Shown here: in pieces, positions 63,387-64,000 of the stretch
Layout: each line of letters starts with the position of its first letter
Position numbering within the stretch: the stretch's first letter is position 1
Source of the DNA: Chitinophagales bacterium
Lineage (GTDB): Bacteria; Bacteroidota; Bacteroidia; Chitinophagales; LD1
Assembly: GCA_044228435.1 (NCBI GenBank)
Contig: JBGAUW010000011.1
Coordinates: forward strand, 69,812 to 133,811
DNA length: 64,000 bases
Direction: 5' to 3'
The notes under the pieces: generated by a model
Seen by the model: only the letters and a program-made list of their open reading frames with translations
Databases searched by the model: none
Told to the model about the DNA's origin: nothing
Translations under genes and position numbers: made by a program

Positions 63387-63998
63387 CTACTTTCCCGCAC
63401 CCGAAGCATCTTTATAAACTATGCGCGAAATGTCGGAGAGTATAGTTTCCTGTTCGGCAAAGTCGGTTCCGCGGGTCATTATGCAAAGCAAATAAGGCGA
63501 GCTTCCATTATAAACAATGCCGCACTCGTGTAGTTGCTTCACATTTGAGTCGCTATAGGCACGTTCGCCAAATTTATGCGATACCTTGGTACCCTTGGGC
63601 AAACCTCCAATTATACCTTTATCAAAGGCTGTTTTGCTAAGTATGCGCAGTGCTTTTTCCGATAAGTCACGGTTTAAATAAGTAGCATTATAAAGTAACC
63701 GGAAAAAACCAGAGTAGTCTTTTACCGAAACAAAATCTTTGCTCATATCGCCGGTGTTACCTATACCAATATCATTCATTACCTTTATTATAAATGGAGG
63801 ATCGAGGTTGGCCAGTAAAAGTTCTTTAGCTTCGTTATCCGAAAACTCAATCATACGTTCAATCAGGTTTTCGATAGTATACGAACGGCCTATTGTTACC
63901 AGGTGCGTATCTTTAATGTTTGGCACCACATTGTTTTCCAGCTGGTGGGTATAAGGTATTCGTTTTTGTAAAAAACCCGGTTCTGTTTCAGCTTTTTT
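63387..63998 (-). CDS. Class A beta-lactamase-related serine hydrolase (5' part outside window)
   Basis: Frame open to the window edge; SDN motif (FSDNEA), HKFGE at the KTG position, HECGIVY..PYLLCIMT. Confidence 0.85.
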   Translation of the reverse strand, partial: KKAETEPGFLQKRIPYTHQLENNVVPNIKDTHLVTIGRSYTIENLIERMIEFSDNEAKELLLANLDPPFIIKVMNDIGIGNTGDMSKDFVSVKDYSGFFRLLYNATYLNRDLSEKALRILSKTAFDKGIIGGLPKGTKVSHKFGERAYSDSNVKQLHECGIVYNGSSPYLLCIMTRGTDFAEQETILSDISRIVYKDASGAGK

Positions 63999-64000
63999 TA

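Noticed and set aside
184-63954. Numerous short opposite-strand or alternate-frame ORFs in the track (e.g. 12837..13265, 32937..33473, 37884..38579, 50901..51716, 54851..55510)
   Set aside because: Shadow ORFs fully overlapping well-supported genes, with no motifs of their own.

Overview
Bacteroidota chromosomal window; the SusC-type TonB receptor, SprB/PKD repeats, DUF2490 and Bacteroidetes-type dcw genes point to this phylum, and the lower taxonomy cannot be determined. Layout: (1) 1-1.4 kb, AT-rich C-terminal fragment of a large protein plus an overlapping lipoprotein gene. (2) 2.4-15.9 kb, a stress/low-oxygen-type cluster (dps, ppsA, SDR, flavin-binding protein, two eRF1-like small proteins, cupin, nitroreductase, Na/Pi cotransporter, AAA_28 ATPase). 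Its divergent promoter regions carry nine TGA-N6-TCA Crp/Fnr-like boxes. (3) About 17.2-21.1 kb, a prophage end at tRNA-Glu(TTC): tail-fibre C-terminus, two holin-like genes, a predicted unimolecular spanin, a DUF5675 lysin and a tyrosine integrase with Asp at the catalytic Arg-I position. It is joined in frame to an unrelated secreted SprB/PKD gene. (4) 21.4-33.5 kb, metabolic and envelope genes, pgk, an orphan PAS kinase and an AT-rich two-gene TIR-like module. (5) 33.8-56.1 kb, a dcw cluster with permuted order (ftsI-murD-mraY-murE-ftsW) and accessory genes or palindromic/heptamer repeats at most junctions. (6) A GIY-YIG nuclease gene bracketed by ~168-bp direct repeats that are themselves REP doublets, then beta-carbonic anhydrase, hydrolase, cyclophilin, TonB-dependent receptor and a partial class A beta-lactamase-like gene. 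Caution: four abrupt junctions (about 17200, 27700 in pgk, 36529 in ftsI, about 53605) look like assembly gaps or collapsed sequence and must be checked against reads. All family calls are from motif recognition by eye; no database search was run.
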